Shown: positions 50,601 to 59,649 of the stretch, in pieces
How the letters are laid out: every line of letters starts with the position of its first letter
Position numbering within the stretch: the stretch's first letter is position 1
IMG/VR virus record: IMGVR_UViG_3300021963_000023
Location: 187,150-251,149 of that record
Length of the DNA: 64,000 nt
Reading direction: 5' to 3' (one strand)
The notes under the pieces: model-generated
Databases searched by the model: none
Told to the model about the DNA's origin: nothing
What the model saw: the letters and a program-made list of their open reading frames with translations, nothing else
Translations under genes and position numbers: made by a program

Positions 50601-51950
50601 GGCAATGGTTATTATGCTCCTGTTTCACTTGCTAGTGTGTCTTCTTTACTAAACTTAAGTGGTACAAACACGGGTGATGAAACATTAGCGAGAGTAAATG
50701 CATTAGCAATAACCACAGTGGGCACAATTACTTCAGGTACTTGGAACGGTACTGCAATTGGAAATGCATATTTGGCAAACTCATCTTTTCATGTTGGAAC
50801 AACATCAATATCATTAGGTAGGGCATCCGCATCACAAACATTAACGGGAGTATCGATTGATGGTAATGCCGCAACAGTAACAAACGCAACCTTCTATCGT
50901 CAGTTCACGGTAAGAGATGATAGAAGCGATGGAGGTAATTATAATTTATCAGGAAGAGCAACTGGTTTATATGCGATTGAAAGTTCAGGATCTAATGGTC
51001 CGGGTTCTGGGTATTTAAGTTTGATACACGTTGCTAATGGTACAGATGTTGCTTTCCAAATTGCGGGTGGATATACCTCTGATAATATGTATTTTAGAGG
51101 AACATCAGCATTACAAAGCGGAACTGGATATAGTGCTTGGAGAACGGTTATTCATAGTGGTAACATTGGTTCACAAACAGTATCAAACGTATCTGGAACG
51201 GTTGCAATTGCTAATGGTGGAACAGCAGCAACAGACGCAACAACAGCAAGAACAAATTTAGGTTTAGCAATTGGTACAAACGTTTTAGCATATAGAACAT
51301 TTGGAACTGCGGCAAATAGTGCAACAGGAGATTTTGCAACAGCAGCACAAGGAACAACCGCAGATGCCGCATTAGCTAGATCGGGTGGAACCATGACGGG
51401 TAATTTACTATTCTCTAACAAGGGTATTAACATGAAGAGAGATAGTGGTGCGAATACAGGTATATCTTGGTATTCTACATCATATTCAGCGTGGTGTGAT
51501 TATATGTCACCAGCAGCGACGACAGGTTGTGGCCCGAATGGTAATATTACCGCACCAGCAGGAACATATGTAACTTCGTGGGGATTAAGACGGTTTATTG
51601 AGGATAACGCGGGATTTGGTTGGACTTGGGAATCAGGAACATCAACTCAAGTAACACCAACTATTAAAGCAGAATTAAGAGCATCTGATGGTTTATTTAG
51701 TGTTGCTGGTGCAATGTATTCTGCGGGTAGTGTTGTGAAAACTGTTGCTAACTCATCATATTCAACATCATTTAGTAGTGTATCATCAGTAACAGTTACA
51801 CATAGTTTAGGAACAAAAGACGTGGCAGTATTTGTTTATGACAGTTCAGATAATATGTTCTGGCCATCATCAATCGTTACAACAAGCACATCGGTGGTTA
51901 CAATAACTTTTTCATCTTCTAGATCAGGTAGGGTTGTAGTTGTAAGATAA
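47634..51950 (+). CDS. Long tail fibre with cupredoxin-like N-proximal domain
   Basis: HPLLF...YYWCDHHVGMG; cassettes shared with 4928 and 19979; C-terminal HSLGT..V.VYD module; TATTTATC at 47606-13. Confidence 0.8.
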   Translation: MNIFDPHISGSLSVSGSGEISGDLRVLGTISGSIKGDGSQLFNIPSSGVTGLNLTRIADGVATASISSANGLRINSNTEITGTLKLNKVNLGSNNIVDITLTDGGGKYFINGVRAPRLSFIKGFKYRFYFNNNNVHPLLFSLTSEGEHNGGTIYTTGITTNSDPFYVEVDVTDATATTFYYWCDHHVGMGNAITVYSDFIHGQSSIGLINVDTTALATTGSNNFTNIQRTSGSLVVTGSVDITGSITLNGQAIGTGKLDETTFQSYTSSNDSTNSTQNSRLTSIESATSSLNSFTSSIDNTIKNKLNTEAVITGSVQVLITGTTGYSTFSSSVSTSIGSLSSSVATTTSGLSSSIGSLSSSVDSLSSSIATTTSGLSSSVATTTSGLSSSIGSLSSSFSSTNDTQNGKLTSIETSTSSLNTFTSSIDTTIKNKLNTETVISGSVQVIITGTTGYSTFSSSISTSVGLLSSSVATTTSGLSSSIGSLSSSFSSTSDAQNNKITSIETSTSSLNSYTSSNITNINAIHTSTGSLNTFSSSILGSIELTGSNLTVKGDLLVKGTTTQIDSTTVNIGDNIIQLNGTGATNAGIVVRDATAPNTISGSLLWDTTNDYWKAGIVGSEEKIILNTEYSTFSTSIDSRATSLQTSTSSLNTYTSSNNTNISAIHTSTGSLNTFTSSANTKFGVIETSTSSLNTFTSSLLTAIELTGSNLTVRGNFLVKGTTTNVNTTTLDVDNNLINLNGNGASFAGIRVKDTTGPNLISGSLLWDATNDYWIAGQLGSEQRLVRETEFNNAVTRVGNVETSTGSLNSFTSSINTTIKTKLNTEGVLSGSIQVNHNTTTNYVANEHINHTAVSITAGSGLTGGGDISTTRTINVGAGNGITVNADDIAIDTSSATFTTGVKTKLNTEGVISGSAQVTGLSNAQLTNSSFHVGTTSISLGRTSASQTLTGISIDGTSAYATQWGTSAGYANFSSTAISSGVGWVLGTTGNGYYAPVSLASVSSLLNLSGTNTGDETLARVNALAITTVGTITSGTWNGTAIGNAYLANSSFHVGTTSISLGRASASQTLTGVSIDGNAATVTNATFYRQFTVRDDRSDGGNYNLSGRATGLYAIESSGSNGPGSGYLSLIHVANGTDVAFQIAGGYTSDNMYFRGTSALQSGTGYSAWRTVIHSGNIGSQTVSNVSGTVAIANGGTAATDATTARTNLGLAIGTNVLAYRTFGTAANSATGDFATAAQGTTADAALARSGGTMTGNLLFSNKGINMKRDSGANTGISWYSTSYSAWCDYMSPAATTGCGPNGNITAPAGTYVTSWGLRRFIEDNAGFGWTWESGTSTQVTPTIKAELRASDGLFSVAGAMYSAGSVVKTVANSSYSTSFSSVSSVTVTHSLGTKDVAVFVYDSSDNMFWPSSIVTTSTSVVTITFSSSRSGRVVVVR

Positions 51951-51969
51951 AATCCGTATATTATATAAT

Positions 51970-53109
51970 ATGTTAAGAGAAAATGTAGAAGTTAGTGGGT
52001 CCTTAAATGTTAGTGGACAATATATTATACCAAGAGGGCCACGAGCAAATAGGCCATCTAGTCCTGATATTGGATCATTATATTTGGAAGAATCTACTAG
52101 TGGTAGTTTTGTTGTAACATACACAGCCTCATCAAATTATGACGATGGGTGGGAACCTGTCGGTTCGCAAAACACAGATAGAACTGGGTTCAAATATAGA
52201 CAGGTTATTAATTACTCATACTTAGCTGGTGGTTATAAATCCGCATCACCATGGAAGAACGTTCATAGAACAACCAATTCAACAGATCAAACGGTTCACT
52301 TAGGGGAATTATTGGATTACCCCGCATCATATACCTCCGGAGCGTGTAGTAAAAGTATTTTATTTCTTTGGTCAACAAATACCGATGGAGCATTTAAAGG
52401 AGATAATACTATTCATTCAACTTGGACCAGTGGTGTTAATATGGTAAATGAAACATCATATGCACACCAATCAAAATGGGATTTGGCAAATGCGAGAGAT
52501 GACTGTGGTACTTTACATCAAGAAACAGAATTTGCTTGGATATTTGGTGCTGGGGTTGCTGCAGTTGAGAAGTTCAATTTAACAAACGAAACAATGTATA
52601 GTGTTTATTACCAAGCGGGTGTCCCATACATTACAACAACATCATCAATCACGGGTAGTGGCCCTTCTGGTGCATCAGGATTTTCAGATGAGAATTATGG
52701 TTATGGATGGACACAACAAAGTGGTACAAAACTATTCTTCGCAAATGATACATTCACAAATAATCAGCAGTGGGGTGCGAGTGGTCAACAAAAAGGTATT
52801 AGTTCAAAGGTGGGTAAAGGTTATGCGGGAAATGAAGGAACATATAATGGGGGTTATAATTTAAGAAGATGGAATGTTTTTACTGAAACTAATTTAGGTA
52901 ATGTTTCAAAACCTCACGGTAACTGTGGTGAAGAAAACTTTACAATGGGACAAGATCATCAATATATGTTAGGTTGTTATGACGGTGCACAGGTAAATAC
53001 TAGTTGGAAATTTGGTTACACTACGGATACTGGTACAGTAAACCCTAGTGGTTTGGCGCCAGGAGTAAATGGTGGAACATCATCAGGTCATTGCGGTTGG
53101 AGAACATAA
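51970..53109 (+). CDS. Virion-associated beta-rich protein, paralogue 1 of 3
   Basis: Fibre-like N-terminus (EVSGSL, GSLYLEE), YLAGGY, NCGEEN, ends GTSSGHCGWRT. Confidence 0.6.
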   Translation: MLRENVEVSGSLNVSGQYIIPRGPRANRPSSPDIGSLYLEESTSGSFVVTYTASSNYDDGWEPVGSQNTDRTGFKYRQVINYSYLAGGYKSASPWKNVHRTTNSTDQTVHLGELLDYPASYTSGACSKSILFLWSTNTDGAFKGDNTIHSTWTSGVNMVNETSYAHQSKWDLANARDDCGTLHQETEFAWIFGAGVAAVEKFNLTNETMYSVYYQAGVPYITTTSSITGSGPSGASGFSDENYGYGWTQQSGTKLFFANDTFTNNQQWGASGQQKGISSKVGKGYAGNEGTYNGGYNLRRWNVFTETNLGNVSKPHGNCGEENFTMGQDHQYMLGCYDGAQVNTSWKFGYTTDTGTVNPSGLAPGVNGGTSSGHCGWRT

Positions 53110-53127
53110 AATTTATATTTATAAGAT

Positions 53128-54234
53128 ATGCTACACGAAAATATTGAAATTAGTGGGTCCCTAAAAGCACAAGGCGTGATAAAATCACCAATTGGAACAC
53201 GGGCAAATAGACCGAGCAGTCCACAAACTGGTTCACTTTATCTAGAACAGGCAACTAGTGGTAGTTTTTTAATGGTTTATATTGGTGTAAGTAACAACGA
53301 TAGTGGTTGGGTTAGAGTATCGTCTCAGGTAAATGCTAATGTTGGGTTTAAATTCAGACAAATTATTAACTATTCATACCTAGCCGGTGGATATAAAGAT
53401 TCATCACCATGGAAGAATGTTCATAGAACAATAAATGCAACGGATCAAACAACACATTTAGGTGAGTTGTTGGACTATCCAGCATCATACACATCTGGAG
53501 CTTGTAGTAGGTATATCTTATTTATATGGTCAGTCAATACGGATAATGTGTGGAAATCTGCATCAGATATACACGGAACAACAACCGCGGCGGTTAATAT
53601 GACCAATGAAACAAAGTACGCACATAATGTAAAGTTTAATATAACAAACATAAGGTCAGATTGTGGTACCATGCATAAAGAAACCGCCACCGCCTACATT
53701 TTTAGTGGAGGTAATGCAACCGTTGAAAAATTCGATTTGAATACAGAAACAATTGCCACCGGTTTTAATTTAACAACAATAACCGGTAACGATGGTGGTA
53801 GTGCATTCTCCGATGAAAATTTTGGATATGGATGGACAAGTAGTGAAGGTGTTAAAATGAGTTTTGCAACAGAAACATTCAGCTCAAGTGGAATGTGGGG
53901 AAACCACTCACAACAAAAAGGAATTAGTTCAAAAGTTGGTAAGGGTTACGCGGGTGCCGATGGTTCTTATAATGGTGGATATGCTTTAAGAAGATGGAGC
54001 AACGCTAACGATACTAATATTGGTAACGTTGCTAAACCACATGGCAACTGTGGAGAAGAAAATTTTACAATGGGGCAAGATCATCAATACATGTTAGGTA
54101 ATTATGATGGTGCACAAAATAATACAAGTTGGAAATTTAGTTACACAACAGACACAGGAACAGTAAACCCTAGTGGTTTAGCTCCTGGTGTTAATGGTGG
54201 AACGTCATCCGGACATTGTGGATGGAGAGGATAA
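53128..54234 (+). CDS. Virion-associated beta-rich protein, paralogue 2 of 3
   Basis: Same motifs; TATTTATA at 53116-23; ends GHCGWRG. Confidence 0.6.
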   Translation: MLHENIEISGSLKAQGVIKSPIGTRANRPSSPQTGSLYLEQATSGSFLMVYIGVSNNDSGWVRVSSQVNANVGFKFRQIINYSYLAGGYKDSSPWKNVHRTINATDQTTHLGELLDYPASYTSGACSRYILFIWSVNTDNVWKSASDIHGTTTAAVNMTNETKYAHNVKFNITNIRSDCGTMHKETATAYIFSGGNATVEKFDLNTETIATGFNLTTITGNDGGSAFSDENFGYGWTSSEGVKMSFATETFSSSGMWGNHSQQKGISSKVGKGYAGADGSYNGGYALRRWSNANDTNIGNVAKPHGNCGEENFTMGQDHQYMLGNYDGAQNNTSWKFSYTTDTGTVNPSGLAPGVNGGTSSGHCGWRG

Positions 54235-54247
54235 AACTAATTAAAAT

Positions 54248-55357
54248 ATGATATACGAGAATTTAGAAATTAGTGGAAGTTTAACATCAGATCGTGTAGT
54301 TAATAGACCACCTAAAGGCGTTAGAGCAAGTAGACCTGGTTCACCATTATCTGGTTCTTTATATTTGGAAGAATCTACTAGTGGTAGCTTTTTAATGTTA
54401 TATACCGGAGTATCAAATATTGATAACGGATGGGAAAGAATTGCAGCACAAGAAACCATCCCAATAGCATTTAAATATAGACAAGTTTTATCATATTCGT
54501 ACTTAGCCGGTGGTTATAAAGATTCATCACCGTGGAGAAACGTACATAAAACAACAAACTCAACGAATCAAACAACACACGTTGGTGAATTATTAGATTA
54601 TCCAGCGTCTTATACATCCGGTGCTTGTAATAAAACAATATTGTTTATTTGGTCAGTAAATGATGATGGGGCATGGAAAGGTCCAGATAGTATTCATGGG
54701 ACTCGGACATCAGCAATTAATTTGTTTAACGATACAAACTATGCTCATCAAGCTAAATTTAACACAGGTATTGCTAGAAGTGACGTTGCCACTATGCAAA
54801 AAGAAACGGAGTTCGCCTATCTAATTTCAGGTGGATCGACAACCATTGAAAAATTTAATCTATCTAACGAAAGTTATGTAAGTGGATTTGGTGTAACGTC
54901 AATAAATGGTAATGATGGTGGAGCCGCATTCTTTGACGAAAGTTTTGGATATGCTTGGACAAATAGTGGAGGTATCAAGTTTAATTTTTCAAATGAAACT
55001 CCCTCATCGTCAACACAATGGGGAGCACACGCTCAACAAAAAGGAATTAGTTCTAAGGTTGGAAAAGGATATGCGGGGAATGAAGGTTCATATAATGGGG
55101 GTTACAACTTAAGAAGATGGAGTAACTCTACCGATACAAATATTGGTAATGTTGCAAAGCCACATGCCAACTGTGGTGAAGAAAACTTCGCATTAGGACA
55201 AGACTGGCAATATATGTTAGGAAATTATGATGGAACAGGACAAAACAATACGTCTTGGATAATGGTTTATGCAACCGACACAGGTTCAAATGCCATTACG
55301 GGATTAGCACCACGGGTTAACGCTGGGACATCATCTGGACATTGTGGTTGGAGATAA
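54248..55357 (+). CDS. Virion-associated beta-rich protein, paralogue 3 of 3
   Basis: Same motifs; ends GHCGWR. Confidence 0.6.
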   Translation: MIYENLEISGSLTSDRVVNRPPKGVRASRPGSPLSGSLYLEESTSGSFLMLYTGVSNIDNGWERIAAQETIPIAFKYRQVLSYSYLAGGYKDSSPWRNVHKTTNSTNQTTHVGELLDYPASYTSGACNKTILFIWSVNDDGAWKGPDSIHGTRTSAINLFNDTNYAHQAKFNTGIARSDVATMQKETEFAYLISGGSTTIEKFNLSNESYVSGFGVTSINGNDGGAAFFDESFGYAWTNSGGIKFNFSNETPSSSTQWGAHAQQKGISSKVGKGYAGNEGSYNGGYNLRRWSNSTDTNIGNVAKPHANCGEENFALGQDWQYMLGNYDGTGQNNTSWIMVYATDTGSNAITGLAPRVNAGTSSGHCGWR

Positions 55358-55360
55358 CAT

Positions 55361-55389
55361 TTGACTTTATGAATATTTTTAAGTATATT
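55361..55389 (+). promoter_or_regulatory. sigma70-like promoter TTGACT-N17-TATATT
   Basis: -35 at 55361-66, -10 at 55384-89. Confidence 0.75.
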
Positions 55390-55408
55390 AGATGAAAACA
55401 AATTAATT

Positions 55409-56173
55409 ATGGAACAAGGTTACAAATATGATAGATCAAATTTTATCAATAACCCATTTGATGAAAAACTAATGCAAATTTCTGAAAGTATGTCTTTTGC
55501 ATTACCAAAATATAAAGCATATAACTTTGTGGGTGGAGCACAAATCACACCTTACGCGAGGTTAAAACAATGGTTATTAGAACTAAGAGGTAGAGAAGAT
55601 GCTGTAGAGCATTTGGAATATACCGTTAGAAAGATGGAACTTGAAATCCAAATGGATGAGGAAAGTAAAGAATTCATAACTGACCCCAAAAGAAAGGAAA
55701 TGGTTAATATAACCATTGCTGATAAAATGATTGATTTAAGAAAGTTTAATAGAAATCTTAAAGATGCATATAGAGAAAGACAAGGGTTTATTGATTTGAT
55801 AAAAGAATTCTTGGAATCTGATCAGGCGATTTTACCTAACGGAACGAAATTAATTGATGTATTTGGAAATCCCGAATTAGAAGAAAAATATGAACATGAA
55901 TACTGGACCGTTCGTATGGCAAAGCAAGCTATGCTAGATATGATTTCATATGGTAGAATTGGTACTGGTAATTTAGATTCGATTCTTATGATGGACCCAG
56001 AACAACAAAAACAAGTGCTAGCATTAGCATCCGCATATACTATCTCAACCGATAAAAATATAAACCAATTAATGACAGAAGCAACAACAAACAATTTTAC
56101 AATTGAAGAGTCATTAAAAAATCAGTTAAGATTAAGTGAACCAAATAAAACAGAAACAGAAAAATTATTATAA
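55409..56173 (+). CDS. Hypothetical helical/coiled-coil protein
   Basis: 254 aa, E/K-rich; ends EKLL. Confidence 0.6.
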   Translation: MEQGYKYDRSNFINNPFDEKLMQISESMSFALPKYKAYNFVGGAQITPYARLKQWLLELRGREDAVEHLEYTVRKMELEIQMDEESKEFITDPKRKEMVNITIADKMIDLRKFNRNLKDAYRERQGFIDLIKEFLESDQAILPNGTKLIDVFGNPELEEKYEHEYWTVRMAKQAMLDMISYGRIGTGNLDSILMMDPEQQKQVLALASAYTISTDKNINQLMTEATTNNFTIEESLKNQLRLSEPNKTETEKLL

Positions 56174-56913
56174 TGACACATATTCTTTTTAAAGTACAGG
56201 GAGACGTTCCAGGTTACATACAAGTAGTTGGGATGTATTTAAATTACAATTATGGTAGAATTGCTGACGAGTACAACGATATGAGAGTTGAGTTGAATAA
56301 ACTTGGGGCAATAGTTATACCAGAAATTGTGGCTAAAGGCTTTGTTTTTGCTGACATATATAAAGATTATATTAGCGTTAGAACAAACTCGCATATTATG
56401 GACGAAATTCCTCAGTTAGCCGAATCTAGTGAGTCTGAAGAAGAAAAAGTAAAATATTTTCTTAATGAGGATGACAAACTATCAGCTGTACTTTTTAATA
56501 AAGCTGCAATGAGAAAAGTTGTTGCTGATAGATTTTCAGAAAGATATAAAGAGTTAATGGTTGATGCTTCTATACTAGAAAAAGATACTTGGGAAGAACA
56601 GAAAAGAGAAGCGTTTGGTTGGACAGCTGACGAAGATTATCAAACTCCGATCATAGATATTTTATGTGCGGGTAGAAATATAGATAAAACATTATTTGTA
56701 CAAAAGATAATTAACAATGTTACAGCATATAATGTTAAATTAGCAAATCTATTATTAGAACAACAACTATTAGAAGAAAGAATTAAGGCGTGTGTAAACA
56801 TCGCAGATTGCCACAGACTTAAGCACGAAAAATTTGGTGTTGCATTGAGCAAACAACAAAGGGAAGATGAAAATATTCCAACAACACCTCTCACATTGAA
56901 AATGGATTTTTAA
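56173..56913 (+). CDS. Hypothetical protein, resembles tail-fibre assembly-type helical domain
   Basis: E..TW..Q..EA..W...TP....L...R pattern. Confidence 0.45.
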   Translation: MTHILFKVQGDVPGYIQVVGMYLNYNYGRIADEYNDMRVELNKLGAIVIPEIVAKGFVFADIYKDYISVRTNSHIMDEIPQLAESSESEEEKVKYFLNEDDKLSAVLFNKAAMRKVVADRFSERYKELMVDASILEKDTWEEQKREAFGWTADEDYQTPIIDILCAGRNIDKTLFVQKIINNVTAYNVKLANLLLEQQLLEERIKACVNIADCHRLKHEKFGVALSKQQREDENIPTTPLTLKMDF

Positions 56914-57914
56914 TGAATTTAGCTATTAACGGGACGTGTGCCAAAGGATGCTCATTTTGTTTCACAAAAGAAGACGCAAGACTAAAACACACACTCGGAG
57001 AAATGGATATAAACATGGTCGATAAAGTTATCGACCATTTTCATCTAAACAACTCCAACGAAGAAATCACAATACTCGGAGGTGAACCAACACAACATTC
57101 TAATTTTATTGGGATAATGGATCACATTTTCTCTAGAGGTTATAAGGTAAATCTAGTTAGTAATTTTCTTTTTGGTAAAACAACCAGAGATTATATTATA
57201 GATAATATTAAAAACATTAGATGGGCCTTTCCTAATGCCGCGGAACTCAATGAGAAAAACCGAATGGTTGTTTTTAAAAAGAACTATTTAGAAATCTATA
57301 AGGCTTATGCTAACACATGGGGATTCGATAACCACCCAAGATTATATTTGGCACTAACAATGTCAAGTGATTGGAAAGATAGAAATTTTTATGAATATAT
57401 CAAATGGTTATACCACGAGTTAGATGGTAATATAAACGCCATAAGACTAGGTTTAGACCTTACTGGAACATATCTTATCAACAATAAAGAGATGGGCGTT
57501 GAGATGACCAAAATACTTAAATTTGGACGTTATAATGAGATTAAAATAACATCAGATTGTCAAGTTCCGCCATGTCTTTGGGAGGGTAAAACAAAAGGGG
57601 CTGTGATGGAAAATTCATTAAACTTTGCTACGTTTAAAATACCTGAATATGAAACAATATGTGGGTTTATGCCATTGGATATATTCCCAGATGGTAGTTC
57701 TATTCATTGTTATCCATTAGAAGATAAAGTAAAGATCAATAATGTTTTGGAAATATCGGGAGAAAATGGTATATTAGGTCTTAGAGAAGAGTTCGATAAA
57801 CTTTATATAGAAAACCATAAAAATTATTCAATACCACAAGGATGTTTAGATTGTGTTTTTTACAAGACAGAATGTAATGGAATTTGTGGTGGTTGTTTAG
57901 AGGGAACCAAATGA
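56913..57914 (+). CDS. Radical SAM protein with C-terminal SPASM-like Cys cluster
   Basis: CAKGCSFC, LGGEP, C-terminal CLDC..C..ICGGC. Confidence 0.85.
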   Translation: MNLAINGTCAKGCSFCFTKEDARLKHTLGEMDINMVDKVIDHFHLNNSNEEITILGGEPTQHSNFIGIMDHIFSRGYKVNLVSNFLFGKTTRDYIIDNIKNIRWAFPNAAELNEKNRMVVFKKNYLEIYKAYANTWGFDNHPRLYLALTMSSDWKDRNFYEYIKWLYHELDGNINAIRLGLDLTGTYLINNKEMGVEMTKILKFGRYNEIKITSDCQVPPCLWEGKTKGAVMENSLNFATFKIPEYETICGFMPLDIFPDGSSIHCYPLEDKVKINNVLEISGENGILGLREEFDKLYIENHKNYSIPQGCLDCVFYKTECNGICGGCLEGTK

Positions 57915-58951
57915 CAAATAAAATATTTTCAATACCGTTTAATCCGATGCTATCGGAAGAAGTATTCTTGAAAGAGTTCTACCCATTCCTGGAAAGGAAC
58001 AAGGAATCAATCTATGACATTTATTTTACCTGTAGAATACCACCTTTCACACAAGATGCGATGGGTGCTATCTTTAGAGAAGAGGATAGAGACATTGTGT
58101 TTGAAAACGCAATGATTATACAAAAGGCTTTAGGTATTAGAATTAGTGCAACGTTCAATAATATTAATGTTTCTCCAAAATATGAGAACTATAAATTGTT
58201 TGTTGATAATTTAAAACCATTATATGAAAAGGGATTAAGGTGTATAACTATTCCTCATGGTCATTGGGTTGCAATGGGATTGAAGAAACATTTTCCAGAG
58301 ATGGAAATTAAAAATACCATATTAAGAAAAGTTGCAACCGGTCAGGACTTTTGGTACAATGCTGATCAGGGATTTGATTATATTAATCTCGATAGAATTT
58401 TAATGAGAGATATTGAGGAGCTTAAAAACATTAAGCGTGCCCAATTAAGATATTACGAAGAGAAGGGTAGGTATGTTAAACTATCACTCTTGGTTAACGA
58501 GGGTTGTTTAGGTAGATGCCCAGTAATGGATGAACACTATTCATATAATAACCTTAGGCAACCTAATGAACTACCATATTTTCATCATGAGATATCTAAA
58601 GTAACATGTGAATACAAATGGGAAAAAGAGATCAATGCATTCTTTTTTAAAGCCGCAACAATACCACCATTCAAAGAAGAGTTTGACGAATTGCTAGAAT
58701 ATATCGATGTCTTTAAAATGCATGGTAGAGATAGCTTTAATCGTTTAAATGAAACAATAGAGATTGTGGATTCATATGTTGCAGGTAATGAAATTTTATC
58801 TGAAACATCAAATCTTTATCTTGATGGTATACCACACGAAGAATTAAAAGGTTGGAGAAATAAAATAAAGAAATGTAAATTTCAATGTTGGGATTGTAAC
58901 TATTGTGATGTAGTTGCTGACCACAAAAAGAAATCATATGGACTTAGTTAA
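57911..58951 (+). CDS. Peptidase U32-family (Fe-S hydroxylase-like) protein
   Basis: LLVNEGCLGRC, FKMHGR, C-terminal CKFQCWDCNYC. ATG 57911 overlaps the upstream stop. Confidence 0.7.
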   Translation: MTNKIFSIPFNPMLSEEVFLKEFYPFLERNKESIYDIYFTCRIPPFTQDAMGAIFREEDRDIVFENAMIIQKALGIRISATFNNINVSPKYENYKLFVDNLKPLYEKGLRCITIPHGHWVAMGLKKHFPEMEIKNTILRKVATGQDFWYNADQGFDYINLDRILMRDIEELKNIKRAQLRYYEEKGRYVKLSLLVNEGCLGRCPVMDEHYSYNNLRQPNELPYFHHEISKVTCEYKWEKEINAFFFKAATIPPFKEEFDELLEYIDVFKMHGRDSFNRLNETIEIVDSYVAGNEILSETSNLYLDGIPHEELKGWRNKIKKCKFQCWDCNYCDVVADHKKKSYGLS

Positions 58952-59603
58952 ACATATTGACGATTCAATTGAATGGGGTAAACTAGAGGTATCTAAATTA
59001 ACACAAGACATTTTAGATATTCATGGGATTACAAGTAATAAAGTGAGATCATTTCTTAATAACATATGTAGTCTGGATAACGCAACTTATCTTGAGGTTG
59101 GTGTGTTCAGGGGTGCCACATTTTGTTCTGCGATATATGGTAATGATATTAAATCAATTGCAATTGATAATTTTATGTCACCTAATTTAACACCAAAAGG
59201 TGTTAGTCAGAAGTTAGGTAACTATTACAAACATAATATTGATATTTTACCACAAGAAGAATTTTTGCATAATGTAAAACGATTTGGTAATGTGAATAAC
59301 ATATCAGTATATAAAACTGATTACCAAACATTTGATTTTAAAACGCTACCACATGTTGACATTATTTTTTATGATGGTGAAACAAAATATCATGATCAAT
59401 ATGTTGCATTAACAAACATGTTACCAATTTTTTCTAAAGAAACCATAGTCATTATGGATGATTGGAATTGGAACAGTGGTGCTTTCGATAAATTCATTGA
59501 AGATAATAATTTAATGATAACATATTACAAGGAGTTAATCACATCTGGTGAAGACTCAAAGGATTTTTGGAATGGTCTTGGGGTATTTTTAATTGAGAGA
59601 TAG
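58938..59603 (+). CDS. Class I SAM methyltransferase
   Basis: YLEVGVFRGAT, AIDNF, FYDG, IMDDWNW. Confidence 0.75.
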   Translation: MDLVKHIDDSIEWGKLEVSKLTQDILDIHGITSNKVRSFLNNICSLDNATYLEVGVFRGATFCSAIYGNDIKSIAIDNFMSPNLTPKGVSQKLGNYYKHNIDILPQEEFLHNVKRFGNVNNISVYKTDYQTFDFKTLPHVDIIFYDGETKYHDQYVALTNMLPIFSKETIVIMDDWNWNSGAFDKFIEDNNLMITYYKELITSGEDSKDFWNGLGVFLIER

Positions 59604-59632
59604 TTGATTATGTGATATTTTTTGTTTATATT
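59604..59632 (+). promoter_or_regulatory. sigma70-like promoter TTGATT-N17-TATATT upstream of tRNA
   Basis: -35 at 59604-09, -10 at 59627-32, 17 nt before the tRNA 5' end. Confidence 0.65.
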
Positions 59633-59649
59633 AATAATAATAATTGTAA

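Noticed and set aside
51970-55357. Possible diversity-generating retroelement (similar 3' ends as TR/VR)
   Set aside because: All copies are full genes, differences are mostly synonymous and not adenine-specific, and there is no reverse transcriptase in the window.
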